A stretch of DNA of 64,000 bases, from positions 283,280 through 347,279 of the forward strand of contig JAPLVR010000003.1 of assembly GCA_026397015.1 (NCBI GenBank). The letters are read 5' to 3'. Within the stretch, counting starts at the first letter, position 1; every line of letters begins with the position of its first letter. This DNA is from Candidatus Iainarchaeum sp. Its GTDB lineage: Archaea > Iainarchaeota > Iainarchaeia > Iainarchaeales > JAAZKV01. The notes beneath the pieces were generated by a model, which was not told the origin of the DNA, searched no databases, and saw nothing but the letters and a program-made list of their open reading frames with translations. A program made the translations under genes and the position numbers. Shown piece by piece: positions 1 to 9,168 of this stretch.

Positions 1-1
1 C

Positions 2-1225
2 GACAGGTGCGAATTCGGAAAACAAATACCAATCGTGCCGTGTTCGGCGGAAACAAAGGAAGGGATTCCTGAAATCCTGACTCTGCTTGCCGGGCTTTCA
101 CAAAAGTATTTGGCAAAACAGCTGGAAATAAGCGAAGGTGAGAGGGGAGAGGCGGCGGTGCTGGAAGAGAAAGAAGAGAAGGGGCTTGGAAAAACAATCG
201 ATGTTATTCTTTACAAGGGAACGCTAAGCGTGAATGACCCGATTGCTGTTGTAGGAAAAAACGGGGTAATTGAAACCAAGATAAGGGCACTGCTGCAGCC
301 AAAACCGTTGCAGGAAATAAGGAACACTAACGAAAAATTTAACTCCGTGAAAAAGGTTTTCGCCGCAACAGGGGTAAAAATTGCCGCGCCAAATCTTGAA
401 GGAATTGTTGCTGGAACAACGCTTCTTGTCGAGGCGACTGGAAACGAAAAACGGGAACTGGAAAACGAAATGGAAAGCATAAAGATTGATTCCACGAACA
501 AGGGAATAATTTTAAAGGCGGACGCGATAGGGTCTCTTGAAGCGCTCATCGGGCTTTTGAAAAAAGAGGGAATACCGATAAGAAAAGCCGATATCGGAAA
601 TGTAAACAGAAAAGATGTGATGGAAGCGTCGTCTCTTTTGGAAGAAGAAAAAACGCTTGCATGCATTCTGGCTTTCAATGTCGAAGTGGAAAAAGAAGCC
701 GGAAAAGAAGCGGAAAAAAATGGGGTTCAGCTTTTCGATGAGAAGGTGATTTACAAACTTTTGGATGATTACAAGGAATGGTCCGAGAAAACGAAACGCG
801 CTGCAAAGGAGCAAAAGCTTTCCTGCCTAGTGATGCCCGTTGAGTTCGAAGTGCTGCGCGGAAACATTTTCAGGAACACGAAGCCGGCAATCGTCGGAGT
901 AAAAATTCTTGGCGGAAAACTGCGCGAAGGCTGGAAGGTCATGAACAAAGAGGGAAAAATAATCGGCAAGGTAGAAGGAATGCAAAAAAATTCAAAAAGC
1001 GTAAAGGAAGGAGCCAAGGGGGATGAGATAGCGGTGTCAATAAGAGGCGCCAATGTCGGAAGAAATCTTTTCGAAGGCGACCACCTATTCTCATGCATAC
1101 CTGAAAGCCATTACTGTGAATTGCAGTGCTGCCTGGAAGATCTTTCGGAAGAGGAAAAATCCCTGCTTGAAAAAATAAAAGAAAAACAATTAAACTTAGG
1201 ACAAAATAAGGAGGAAGCAGCATGA
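2..1225 (+). CDS. infB: Translation initiation factor aIF5B/IF-2, C-terminal part (5' truncated by window edge)
   Basis: Frame is open from base 2. Contains VPCSAETKEGI (G5), ILKADAIGSLEAL (domain III) and IFRNTKPAIVGV..G.L..G (domain IV), typical of aIF5B. Confidence 0.95.
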   Translation, partial: DRCEFGKQIPIVPCSAETKEGIPEILTLLAGLSQKYLAKQLEISEGERGEAAVLEEKEEKGLGKTIDVILYKGTLSVNDPIAVVGKNGVIETKIRALLQPKPLQEIRNTNEKFNSVKKVFAATGVKIAAPNLEGIVAGTTLLVEATGNEKRELENEMESIKIDSTNKGIILKADAIGSLEALIGLLKKEGIPIRKADIGNVNRKDVMEASSLLEEEKTLACILAFNVEVEKEAGKEAEKNGVQLFDEKVIYKLLDDYKEWSEKTKRAAKEQKLSCLVMPVEFEVLRGNIFRNTKPAIVGVKILGGKLREGWKVMNKEGKIIGKVEGMQKNSKSVKEGAKGDEIAVSIRGANVGRNLFEGDHLFSCIPESHYCELQCCLEDLSEEEKSLLEKIKEKQLNLGQNKEEAA

Positions 1226-1698
1226 AATTCGTTGTAAGCGAGCCAAAAACGAGAAAGGCATACAGCATGAACTCGGACAAAATAACTTTTGCCGGAAAAA
1301 AAATCGGCGAAGTGATAAAATTGGACGAGGTCGGGCTGCCCGGCTATGAAGGAAAAATAACCGGCGGAAGCGACAAACAGGGATTCCCGATGAACAAATC
1401 CGTTCAAGGGGCCATGAGAAAAAAAATATTCACAGGAAACGGAGTAGGCTTCAATGCCGAAAGAAAAGGCGAGCGAAAAAGGGTTTCAGTGAGGGGCAAC
1501 ACAGTAAGCGAAGAAACTGCACAGGTAAATCTAGTGGTGACAAAAGTTGGCTCTGTTGAACTGGACAAAATTCTGGCAAAGGGCGCTCCAAAAGAAGAGG
1601 ATACACTAACTGCAAAAGAAAGGGCTGTAAAAACAAGCCTCGAAATGGCCGGCAGTGCTGAACTCGGAGCCGCACCGAAAAAAACAGGCAGGCACTAA
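1222..1698 (+). CDS. rps6e: 30S ribosomal protein S6e (eS6)
   Basis: ITGGSDKQGFPM and GERKRVSVRGN motifs; conserved infB-rps6e-eif2g order. Confidence 0.96.
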   Translation: MKFVVSEPKTRKAYSMNSDKITFAGKKIGEVIKLDEVGLPGYEGKITGGSDKQGFPMNKSVQGAMRKKIFTGNGVGFNAERKGERKRVSVRGNTVSEETAQVNLVVTKVGSVELDKILAKGAPKEEDTLTAKERAVKTSLEMAGSAELGAAPKKTGRH

Positions 1699-1729
1699 AA
1701 ATAGTTCGAAAGAATTTGGGTTTGTTTTC

Positions 1730-1815
1730 GCGCTTCAGCGCTTGAAAACGGAAGCCAGGAGGCTTCATCCGTCGCCTAAGGCGACGGTTTTCGCCGGCCT
1801 TTTGTCAAAAGGCCG
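1730..1815 (+). promoter_or_regulatory. GC-rich cluster of four inverted repeats in the rps6e-eif2g spacer (candidate structured RNA)
   Basis: GCGCT-TC-AGCGC (1730-1741); GAAGCC-AGGA-GGCTTC (1751-1766); CCGTCGCC-TAA-GGCGACGG (1769-1787); CGGCCTTTTG-T-CAAAAGGCCG (1795-1815), directly before GAGGTG. Confidence 0.5.
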
Positions 1816-1825
1816 AGGTGGAACT

Positions 1826-3115
1826 ATGCAAAAAAAAGAAAAAACTGGGAAGGCGAAAGAAAAGAAGCCGAGGGCGGCGCACGCGAAAGCACTAAAAAAA
1901 ATAAAAGCGCACGCGCATAAAGAGAAACACAATAAAGGGGCGGCCGCACAGCCGGAAATAAATATCGGCATGATAGGCCACGTTGACCACGGCAAAACCT
2001 CGCTCACCAAGGCGCTCACCGGAAAGTGGTGCGACACGCACAGCGAAGAAATGAAGAGGGGAATTTCAATAAGGCTTGGATACGCCGACACCACTTTTTA
2101 CAAACTCAAAACGAATAACGGAATAATTTACAGCAATGACAAAAGCAAGGGAACGGTGATGAGCGAGAGATTGGTTTCTTTTGTTGATGCGCCAGGACAC
2201 GAAACCCTTATGACGACAATGCTGAGCGGAGCTGTATTGATGAATGGGGCGGTGCTTGTAATAGCGGCAAACGAAATATGCCCGCAACCGAGAACAGTCG
2301 AACATCTGATGGCACTTAAATTTGCCGGCGTCGAAAAAATTGTGGTGGCACAAAACAAAGTTGATTTGGTGGATGCGGAGAAGGCAAAACAACAACAGGG
2401 AGAAATAAAAAAATTTTTGAAAGAATACGGGTATGAAAACGCGCCGATAATTCCGACTGTTGCAAATTTCGGGACAAATATTGATTACCTTATAGAGGCG
2501 ATTGAAACGCACATCCCTACGCCGAAATATGAGTTGCACAAGGGGCTGAAAATGTTTATTGCAAGAAGCTTTGACATCAACAGGCCTGGAACAAAAGTCA
2601 AGGAAATGAAGGGCGCTGTTGTCGGCGGAAGCATAACACAGGGAAAAATAAAATTAGGCGATGAGGTCCAACTGTACCCGGGCATCAAGGGAAAAACAAT
2701 AACAAAAGTTATAAGTCTTGCAACCGATTCTGGAATGCTGAATGAAGCCGTTCCGGGCGGACTTATTGCGGTTGGGACTGAAATTGATCCGAGCATAGGG
2801 CAGAATGACAGGTTGAGAGGGCAAATAATCGGAAAGCCCGGTTCGATGCCTGAACCGACAAAAGTTGTTTTATTGAAATTAAATCCTTTTGAAAGAGCCG
2901 TCGCAATCGACCAAAAGGCGGAGATAAGAAGCAACGACATAATTGTTTTGACAATCGGAACAAATACCGCAATCGGAACGGCGGCGCAAAGTGCTGGCGG
3001 GAAAGTTATTGTTTCTTTGAAGAACGAAGTGGTTGCGGAGAAGGGAGAAAAAGTTGCGGTGAGCAAGAACTTAAATAACCAATGGAGGCTAGTGGCGTAT
3101 GGGGAGGTCTTGTAA
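1826..3115 (+). CDS. eif2g: Translation initiation factor 2 gamma subunit (aIF2-gamma)
   Basis: GHVDHGKT, RGISIRLGYAD, DAPGHE and NKVD motifs. Start moved to ATG 1826, after the SD-like GAGGTG (1815-1820). Confidence 0.96.
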   Translation: MQKKEKTGKAKEKKPRAAHAKALKKIKAHAHKEKHNKGAAAQPEINIGMIGHVDHGKTSLTKALTGKWCDTHSEEMKRGISIRLGYADTTFYKLKTNNGIIYSNDKSKGTVMSERLVSFVDAPGHETLMTTMLSGAVLMNGAVLVIAANEICPQPRTVEHLMALKFAGVEKIVVAQNKVDLVDAEKAKQQQGEIKKFLKEYGYENAPIIPTVANFGTNIDYLIEAIETHIPTPKYELHKGLKMFIARSFDINRPGTKVKEMKGAVVGGSITQGKIKLGDEVQLYPGIKGKTITKVISLATDSGMLNEAVPGGLIAVGTEIDPSIGQNDRLRGQIIGKPGSMPEPTKVVLLKLNPFERAVAIDQKAEIRSNDIIVLTIGTNTAIGTAAQSAGGKVIVSLKNEVVAEKGEKVAVSKNLNNQWRLVAYGEVL

Positions 3116-3491
3116 GGTTTTATTGGACACAAATTTTCTCCTCGGCATCGCAAGGCTAAAAATCGATGTTTTCGGGGAAATAAAAAACAAATTTTCGGAA
3201 AACGGGGTTGAAACGGAATTTTTTGTGCTTGGCGGCGTAATGGATGAATTGAAAAAATTGGGTGCGAATAAAACGCTGGAAAAGGGGGCAAAAATAGCAA
3301 AAAAATTGCTTGATGGGAACGGCGCAAAGGTGTTGGACGACAAGGGCGATGTGGACACATTATTAGCCGAAAAAAGCCCGGAATACTGGATCGCAACCAA
3401 CGATAGTGCACTTAGAAAAAAGATAAAAAGCTTTGGAGGAAGAACCATATACATCAGAAAAAGGTCTTTTGTCGAAATAGATGGCATTTAA
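3099..3491 (+). CDS. PIN domain ribonuclease (Fcf1/Utp24-like)
   Basis: VLLDTNFL, V.DEL, DVD and IATND.ALR PIN motifs; usual neighbour of eif2g and rpoE. Confidence 0.88.
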   Translation: MGRSCKVLLDTNFLLGIARLKIDVFGEIKNKFSENGVETEFFVLGGVMDELKKLGANKTLEKGAKIAKKLLDGNGAKVLDDKGDVDTLLAEKSPEYWIATNDSALRKKIKSFGGRTIYIRKRSFVEIDGI

Positions 3492-3587
3492 ATCACTGAT
3501 GTTTTTAAAGTTTTTCAGAGTTTAATTTGTTGTTTAATTGGTTGTTTTTATTATTTGAAAAATTGTTTCGAAGCGAAAGGTGAGCAA

Positions 3588-4232
3588 ATGTACTACAAAA
3601 CAAAAATAATTGATAAGGTGAGGGTCCCTCCAAAAAATCTTGGGGCGAAAATAAAGGAATCAATACTGGGAATATGCAAGGAAGATTACGAAGGAAGAAT
3701 AAATGACGAATATGGAATAATCGTTGCCATAACGGGAATAGGCAAAGTTGGGGACGGGCACGTAATACCCGGAGACGGCGCGGTTTATTATGAAACTGAG
3801 ATAGAAATGCTGACATACAAGCCGCACATACAGGAAATCACAAGAGGAGTTATAACTGAAGTAACCGAGTTCGGCGCATTTGCAAGAATCGGGCCGATTG
3901 AAGGATTGATACACGTGAGCCAAATAATGGACGATTACATAAATTATGACGCGAAGCTGCCGGGATTTGTCGGAAAGAAAACCGGAAAAAAACTTGTCGG
4001 AGAGGATTCGGTGCTGACCAGGGTCGTAACAATTTCAATGAAGGGGCACACGCCAAGCTCCAAAATAGGATTGACAATGAGGCAGCCTTTCCTCGGAAAA
4101 CCGGAATGGGAAAAAATTGATGATAAGCTTGCAAAATCTATAAAGGATGAGAAGGGAAAGAAAGGAAAGGCGCCTGTTGTGGAAAAAGCCGAGAAGGCGA
4201 AGAAAAAAGAAAAAGAGGCCGAAAAGAAATGA
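3588..4232 (+). CDS. rpoE1: DNA-directed RNA polymerase subunit E' (Rpo7)
   Basis: VRVPP, GDGAVY, FGAF.RIGPIEGLIHVSQIMDD and KIGLTMRQPFLGK; ATG 3588 follows AGGTGA. Confidence 0.96.
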   Translation: MYYKTKIIDKVRVPPKNLGAKIKESILGICKEDYEGRINDEYGIIVAITGIGKVGDGHVIPGDGAVYYETEIEMLTYKPHIQEITRGVITEVTEFGAFARIGPIEGLIHVSQIMDDYINYDAKLPGFVGKKTGKKLVGEDSVLTRVVTISMKGHTPSSKIGLTMRQPFLGKPEWEKIDDKLAKSIKDEKGKKGKAPVVEKAEKAKKKEKEAEKK

Positions 4233-4423
4233 TAAAAGAGAAGGCGTGCAGAACATGCAGATTCATTGTTGAAGATGCGAAGGTTTGCCCAAACTGCGGC
4301 GGAAACACCTTCACAACATTCTGGAGAGGGTATATAGTAATAACAAAACCTGAAGAATCGGAGATAGCAAAAAAAATGGGAATAACAAAACCAGGCAAAT
4401 TTGCCCTGAGGCTCAGCAGGTAA
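4229..4423 (+). CDS. spt4: Transcription elongation factor Spt4 (RpoE'')
   Basis: ACRTC..CPNCG zinc ribbon; W.G.IVI..PEESEIAKKMGI..PGKFAL. Confidence 0.95.
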   Translation: MIKEKACRTCRFIVEDAKVCPNCGGNTFTTFWRGYIVITKPEESEIAKKMGITKPGKFALRLSR

Positions 4424-4526
4424 AAAAAAATTGTGCAAAAAAAGCTGGAAAAAATAAAAAAGGAAATTTAGGGAAAACAAAAAATGAAATTTAGGAAAAA
4501 TAAAAAAGAACTTAAAGGTGTGAAAA

Positions 4527-4892
4527 ATGAAATTGGATATAAAAACAAACAACAGGAATGAAACGCTGAAGAGAAACGAGGTGACGGTTGAAACCGAAGA
4601 AAAAGTAACCCCCTCAAGGGCCGCGCTCAGGGAAAAACTTTCGGCCGTTTTGAATGCTCCGCAGGAAAAAATAATTATCGACAAAATAGAAACAAAATTC
4701 GGGAGCCCGAAGGCAACTATTTATGTCAAGGTTTATGACAGCAGGGAACAGCTGAGAAAAATTGAGGCAAAACACATGCTGAAAAGAAATTTCAGGGAAG
4801 AAATGGAAAAGGAAGAAAAAGAGAAAAAAGAAAAGGCCGAAAAAAATAAGGCGGCGGAAAAAAAATCCGAAGAAGCTCCGCAGGCGGCATAA
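4527..4892 (+). CDS. rps24e: 30S ribosomal protein S24e (eS24)
   Basis: N..LKR.EV, TPSR and I.TKFG...A..Y.KVY motifs. Confidence 0.92.
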   Translation: MKLDIKTNNRNETLKRNEVTVETEEKVTPSRAALREKLSAVLNAPQEKIIIDKIETKFGSPKATIYVKVYDSREQLRKIEAKHMLKRNFREEMEKEEKEKKEKAEKNKAAEKKSEEAPQAA

Positions 4893-4923
4893 AAAAGTAA
4901 AAAACGGTTCAAGGTGAATTAAT

Positions 4924-5103
4924 GTGGCTGAAAAGGAAAAAAACAAAAAATTGAAATCAGAACTTTATTCTGTTACGCCCGAAGGGCTCAATAGAAAGGC
5001 GAACTTTTGCCCCAAGTGCGGAGCGGGAGTTTTCATGGCAAACCACAAAAACAGGCTCACATGCGGAAAATGCGGATACACCGAAATGAAAACTCAAAAA
5101 TAA
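4924..5103 (+). CDS. rps27ae: 30S ribosomal protein S27ae (eS31), missed by the ORF track
   Basis: Manual translation from GTG 4924 gives MAEKEKNKKLKSELYSVTPEGLNRKANFCPKCGAGVFMANHKNRLTCGKCGYTEMKTQK*; AGGTGA upstream; follows rps24e. Confidence 0.95.
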   Translation: MAEKEKNKKLKSELYSVTPEGLNRKANFCPKCGAGVFMANHKNRLTCGKCGYTEMKTQK

Positions 5104-5160
5104 TCGGAAGAATCCACACTTATTTAAAAAGAACAAGCCTATCTGTTTAGTCTGATTAAT

Positions 5161-5706
5161 ATGGGCGGAATAATTGAAATGTTCGCGATAGATTTCGTAA
5201 TGCTGTTATTGCCTCTTTTTTTTCTCAGGGCGGTAAAGGGGAAAGAATGGGGGGAAATCGAAAAAGAACTTCTTGGAAAGTATCAGGGAAATAAAAAAGA
5301 AATTGTGGGCGCTTTGGCGCTTTTCTCCGCCCTCCTCATAGGATTTGTAGTGATGGGCTCAATTATAAGTTTTCTCGGGATAAACGACCTGTCAAAAGTG
5401 CAAGAAGTGGTGGTGGAAACCTATTCCCGAAACGCGCCCGCACTAATATTTACCCTGTTGATAGGGGTTTTTGCGGAAGAATTTTTCTTCAGGGTTTTTC
5501 TGGTAAAGAGAACGGGCATACTGGTCTCAACAATAATATTCACTTTCGCGCACCTTGGTTACGGGTCGGCAGCGGAAACGATTGGCGTTTTCTTCCTTGG
5601 GTTGATACTCTCTTGCTGGTACAAGAAAAAAAAGTCGCTGTTCCAAAATTATTTCGGGCACATGCTTTACAATCTGTTTGCAATTACAATCTATCTGGTT
5701 GGGTAA
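5161..5706 (+). CDS. CPBP family intramembrane metalloprotease (CAAX/Abi)
   Basis: Multiple TM segments with EEFFFR, F..AH and H..YN motifs. Confidence 0.85.
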   Translation: MGGIIEMFAIDFVMLLLPLFFLRAVKGKEWGEIEKELLGKYQGNKKEIVGALALFSALLIGFVVMGSIISFLGINDLSKVQEVVVETYSRNAPALIFTLLIGVFAEEFFFRVFLVKRTGILVSTIIFTFAHLGYGSAAETIGVFFLGLILSCWYKKKKSLFQNYFGHMLYNLFAITIYLVG

Positions 5707-5742
5707 AAACCGCGCCGGACAAAAAATTGGCGGGCGAGGCTG

Positions 5743-6396
5743 ATGATTGAAATAAAAGAAAAAGAGTTCCTTTCCGGAAAAATGGATTCGAAAATAAGGA
5801 AGGCGCTTGAAAACGGGGCAATAATTATTTTTCCGAGCGAAAGCTCATATGGTTTTGGGGCGAACTGCCTAAATGAAAAAGCGGTAAAAAAAATTCATGA
5901 AACAAAAAAAGAAAGTTTTGACAAGCCAATCGGACTTGTAACTGATGATGTGAAAAAAGCAGGCCCGCTTTTTGAAATCGGGCAAAAGGAAAAAAAGCTT
6001 CTTGAGGCAAGGCTTTCCGGACCGCTTACAATCCTATTGAAAGAAAAGAAAAAAATGCCGTGCTCTTCCAACGGAACTGTCGGCATAAGAATCCCCATCA
6101 ATAAAACACTCCTCAGACTTTGCTCGCTGGCAAAATTTCCACTGACGGCGACTTCCGCAAACATCCATGGAGAAGAGGCAACCTTTTTACCTGAAAAAAT
6201 AATGGGCGCCTTTAGCGCGGAGAAGGATTTTATTTTTATAAACGCGGGAAAACTCGAAGAAAACAAACCATCCACATATTACGATCCGACCAACGGAAAG
6301 ATTCTACGGGAAGGAAAAGTAAAACTGGAAGAAATAAAAGGAGCACTAAGCAAAAAATTAATGCAGCAAAAAAGAGTATCCATGGTGATTGAATGA
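5743..6396 (+). CDS. sua5: Sua5/YrdC (TsaC)-family threonylcarbamoyl-AMP synthase, YrdC domain only
   Basis: FPSESSYGFG, GPLTILL, TVGIRIP, PLTATSAN, PST and ILREG; overlaps kae1. Confidence 0.85.
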   Translation: MIEIKEKEFLSGKMDSKIRKALENGAIIIFPSESSYGFGANCLNEKAVKKIHETKKESFDKPIGLVTDDVKKAGPLFEIGQKEKKLLEARLSGPLTILLKEKKKMPCSSNGTVGIRIPINKTLLRLCSLAKFPLTATSANIHGEEATFLPEKIMGAFSAEKDFIFINAGKLEENKPSTYYDPTNGKILREGKVKLEEIKGALSKKLMQQKRVSMVIE

Positions 6397-7373
6397 AATG
6401 CTTTGCAATAGAATCAACGGCGCATACATTCGGCGCCGCAGTTGTGGATGAAAAATGCAATATTCTTTCAAACGAAAAAAGTGTATATACAACGGAAAAA
6501 GGGGGGATGATTCCGAGGGAACTTGCGGAGCACCACTACAAATGCGCACCAAAAGTTGTTGCGGGCGCACTTGAAAAGGCGAACTGCAAAATGAGTGAAA
6601 TTGATCTGGTTGCCTTCTCGCAGGGGCCGGGAATAGGAAACGCGCTGAAGTGCGGGGCAATAGCGGCGAGGCAGCTTTCATTGTTGCACAATATCCCGCT
6701 AATCGGAGTGAATCACTGCGTCGCGCACGTGGAAATCGGGAGGAAACTTTGCGGAGCGAAAGATCCTGTTTTGTTGTACGCGAGCGGAGCGAACACGCAA
6801 ATAATCTGCTTTGAAAATTCTTATTACCGCGTATTTGGGGAAACGCTGGATGTGGGAATAGGAAATTTTTTGGATTCATTTGGAAGGGAATTAGGGCTGG
6901 GTTTTCCGGCCGGACCGGCGCTGGACAAAATGTATTTTGAGGGCAAAAAATACATCGAATTGCCTTACACTGTAAAGGGAATGGACCTTGCGTTTTCAGG
7001 GCTTTTCACGGCTGCGAAAAACAAAATCGGAAAAGTAAGGAAAGAAGATTTGGTTTACTCGGCGCTGCACAATGCGTTTGCGATGCTCACGGAAGTAACT
7101 GAAAGGGCGCTGGCGCACACGGAAAAAAAAGAGGTAATACTCGGCGGAGGAGTGGGGTGTTCGCGCGCGCTGCAGGAAATGATTTCAAAAATGTGCGAGG
7201 AGCGCGGAGCAAAGCTCTTCGTTCCTCCGAATTCGGTTATGGTGGATAATGCCGCGCAAATTGGTTGGACCGGCATACTGATGTATAAACATGGAAATAA
7301 AACAAAAATAGGCGATTCAATTATTCTGCCAAAGCAGAGAACTGATGATGTTAAAGTGAATTGGAGAAAATAA
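6393..7373 (+). CDS. kae1: tRNA N6-adenosine threonylcarbamoyltransferase Kae1 (KEOPS)
   Basis: IESTAHT, FSQGPG, VNHCVAHVE, SGANTQ, GETLD and DNAAQI. Confidence 0.96.
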   Translation: MKCFAIESTAHTFGAAVVDEKCNILSNEKSVYTTEKGGMIPRELAEHHYKCAPKVVAGALEKANCKMSEIDLVAFSQGPGIGNALKCGAIAARQLSLLHNIPLIGVNHCVAHVEIGRKLCGAKDPVLLYASGANTQIICFENSYYRVFGETLDVGIGNFLDSFGRELGLGFPAGPALDKMYFEGKKYIELPYTVKGMDLAFSGLFTAAKNKIGKVRKEDLVYSALHNAFAMLTEVTERALAHTEKKEVILGGGVGCSRALQEMISKMCEERGAKLFVPPNSVMVDNAAQIGWTGILMYKHGNKTKIGDSIILPKQRTDDVKVNWRK

Positions 7374-7391
7374 CTTGTGGGATTTGGAAAA

Positions 7392-7991
7392 CTATTTTCT
7401 TCTCTTTTTCGCGATTCTTTTTTTCTTCTTGGGTCTTGGCGCGGCTTTTTTCCCGGACTGTCTAGCGGGCCTGATTTTTGACTGCAAAAAGCCCTGCCCA
7501 TAAACCGCACGCCTGAAGGGTTTCGTGTGCGAAAAAATTATCATTCCGAAAGTGAGAAGACCCAGGAAACCTATGAAATTATAGGGAAAAGGAACGATGT
7601 TTACTTCCGGGTCGAGGTAAACGTAAATGCTCATTGCAATTACGGAGGCGAAAGCGAATTCCGCAATCCAGAGCACGATTATTTCAGTGCGAATGCCTAA
7701 AATTTTTCTTTTTGCCGAACCCAAAATTATTTTTGAAAATCCTTTGTGAACTTCTGCAACAGTTTTATCTTTCTTTACAACAACAATTTGGCCGATTGAG
7801 AGAAGGAAAACTGCAAGGAAAAGAAGAATTGCCGAATCGAAAAGGGTTGATTCAAAAGAAAGGAAAGATACAAAATTTGTTCCAAGGAGGGCTTTTACAA
7901 TATTTTTTACCTGGAGGACAATTATAAGTGCCAAAAGCACTTCCAGAAAAATAAATGCAGTTGCCTGTTTCTTTGAAAGCATGCTAAACAA
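7392..7991 (-). CDS. Hypothetical membrane protein (about 4 TM, basic C-tail)
   Basis: Hydrophobic segments; fills the gap; no family motif recognised. Confidence 0.7.
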   Translation of the reverse strand: MFSMLSKKQATAFIFLEVLLALIIVLQVKNIVKALLGTNFVSFLSFESTLFDSAILLFLAVFLLSIGQIVVVKKDKTVAEVHKGFSKIILGSAKRKILGIRTEIIVLWIAEFAFASVIAMSIYVYLDPEVNIVPFPYNFIGFLGLLTFGMIIFSHTKPFRRAVYGQGFLQSKIRPARQSGKKAAPRPKKKKRIAKKRRK

Positions 7992-8062
7992 TACGCAAAA
8001 GCAGTAAATAAAGGTTACCTTTTGGAAAGATTTTCACTTTTTGGTCCAAGAAAACGAATGTG

Positions 8063-8578
8063 CTAAATTCTTTTAATGGCCGAATATACGCTATAAACTT
8101 TGACACTTCTTGGGCGAACACGCTTTCCCACTTTTGGAACCATCCTTGCCTTCCCAATTCCCTTGGAACGCATGCCAATTTTTTCTTTCAAAATGCGCGC
8201 CATTGCCTGATGCGTTTCAATTCTCACGGTTGAAACCCCCCTTGTTTTCAGGTGACTGAACACATGCGGCATAAATTTTATTAGTGCACGAACTCCCTGC
8301 ATTTTGTTTGCATAACCATCTTCGGGATAGATATTCGCAATGGTAAAATAGTTTTTTCTGCCGTATCCATATATTCCCATATTTTCTTTTCTTTGTGGAA
8401 AAACAAATTCAAATTCAAATACTCTCAGACTCGGGTCGTGCTTGTGAATACCTTCAGCAATGTTAAGCCTGTACCCCTTGCCGCAGGAATCGCTGAGATC
8501 AATTGATTTTAAAGCGGTTAATTCTGATTCTGTAATATATATTGGCATAATGGTCGCAGAAAAATAATAGTGTTTCAA
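8063..8578 (-). CDS. Hypothetical protein, possibly a degenerate GNAT-like fold
   Basis: 171-codon ORF, true start may be ATG 8548. QGVRALIKFM..LKTRGVSTVRIETH..ILKEKIGM loosely resembles GNAT motifs A/B. Confidence 0.5.
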   Translation of the reverse strand: MKHYYFSATIMPIYITESELTALKSIDLSDSCGKGYRLNIAEGIHKHDPSLRVFEFEFVFPQRKENMGIYGYGRKNYFTIANIYPEDGYANKMQGVRALIKFMPHVFSHLKTRGVSTVRIETHQAMARILKEKIGMRSKGIGKARMVPKVGKRVRPRSVKVYSVYSAIKRI

Positions 8579-8628
8579 ATATAAAAAAGAAGCATATAAG
8601 GGCTGAAAGAACTAAAAACCATTCAATT

Positions 8629-9168
8629 TTATTCCAAACCGAACTGCCTGTCAATTTCGATGGCGGATTTTTTGAGCTGCTCGAAAATCCTGTCCACGTC
8701 GGATTCGATTTCTTCAATCGTGCGTTCAAGGGAACTGCTTCTTGAGGAATAAAACTTTCCATTCTTTTCAATGAGACCGGATTTCAGAAGCCGGTTCAAA
8801 TGGTTTATTGTGCTGCCGCGGCTCATGCCGATGCGCTGCGCAATCGCAGTGCTTGAAAGGGCTTCGCCATTTTCTGTAGCGGAAACGATTTCTTTAAAAA
8901 CAGCCGCAGCATTTTTCTCCTTGTCGATTGGCTCAAAAAAACCAAGCGAGGAACAAATCCATGCCAATTGGTGTTCAAAATCATCGTGGTAAGGCCTCTC
9001 CACCTTCCTGATAACGACCTTAAAAACGCCTCTCCGCGGCGAAATATGCTTCACAGAGGCTTTTTTTATGGGCAAAGCAATGAGAGAATTAGAAATTTGC
9101 ACCCTCCCAAAGTGGTTTCCTGAAAGCTGTTTACCCCCAGATTCCTGCTCCAACTCATTTTGAGGCAT
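8629..9168 (-). CDS. Winged helix-turn-helix (ArsR-like) transcriptional regulator
   Basis: LSSTAIAQRIGMSRGSTINHLNRLLKSGLIEK wHTH; divergent from grpE; start may be internal. Confidence 0.8.
   Translation of the reverse strand: MPQNELEQESGGKQLSGNHFGRVQISNSLIALPIKKASVKHISPRRGVFKVVIRKVERPYHDDFEHQLAWICSSLGFFEPIDKEKNAAAVFKEIVSATENGEALSSTAIAQRIGMSRGSTINHLNRLLKSGLIEKNGKFYSSRSSSLERTIEEIESDVDRIFEQLKKSAIEIDRQFGLE

Noticed and set aside
2485-4684. Long minus-strand ORFs 2485-3411 and 3944-4684
   Set aside because: Antisense to well-supported eif2g/PIN and rpoE1/spt4/rps24e; Phe/Ser-rich mirror of Lys/Glu codons
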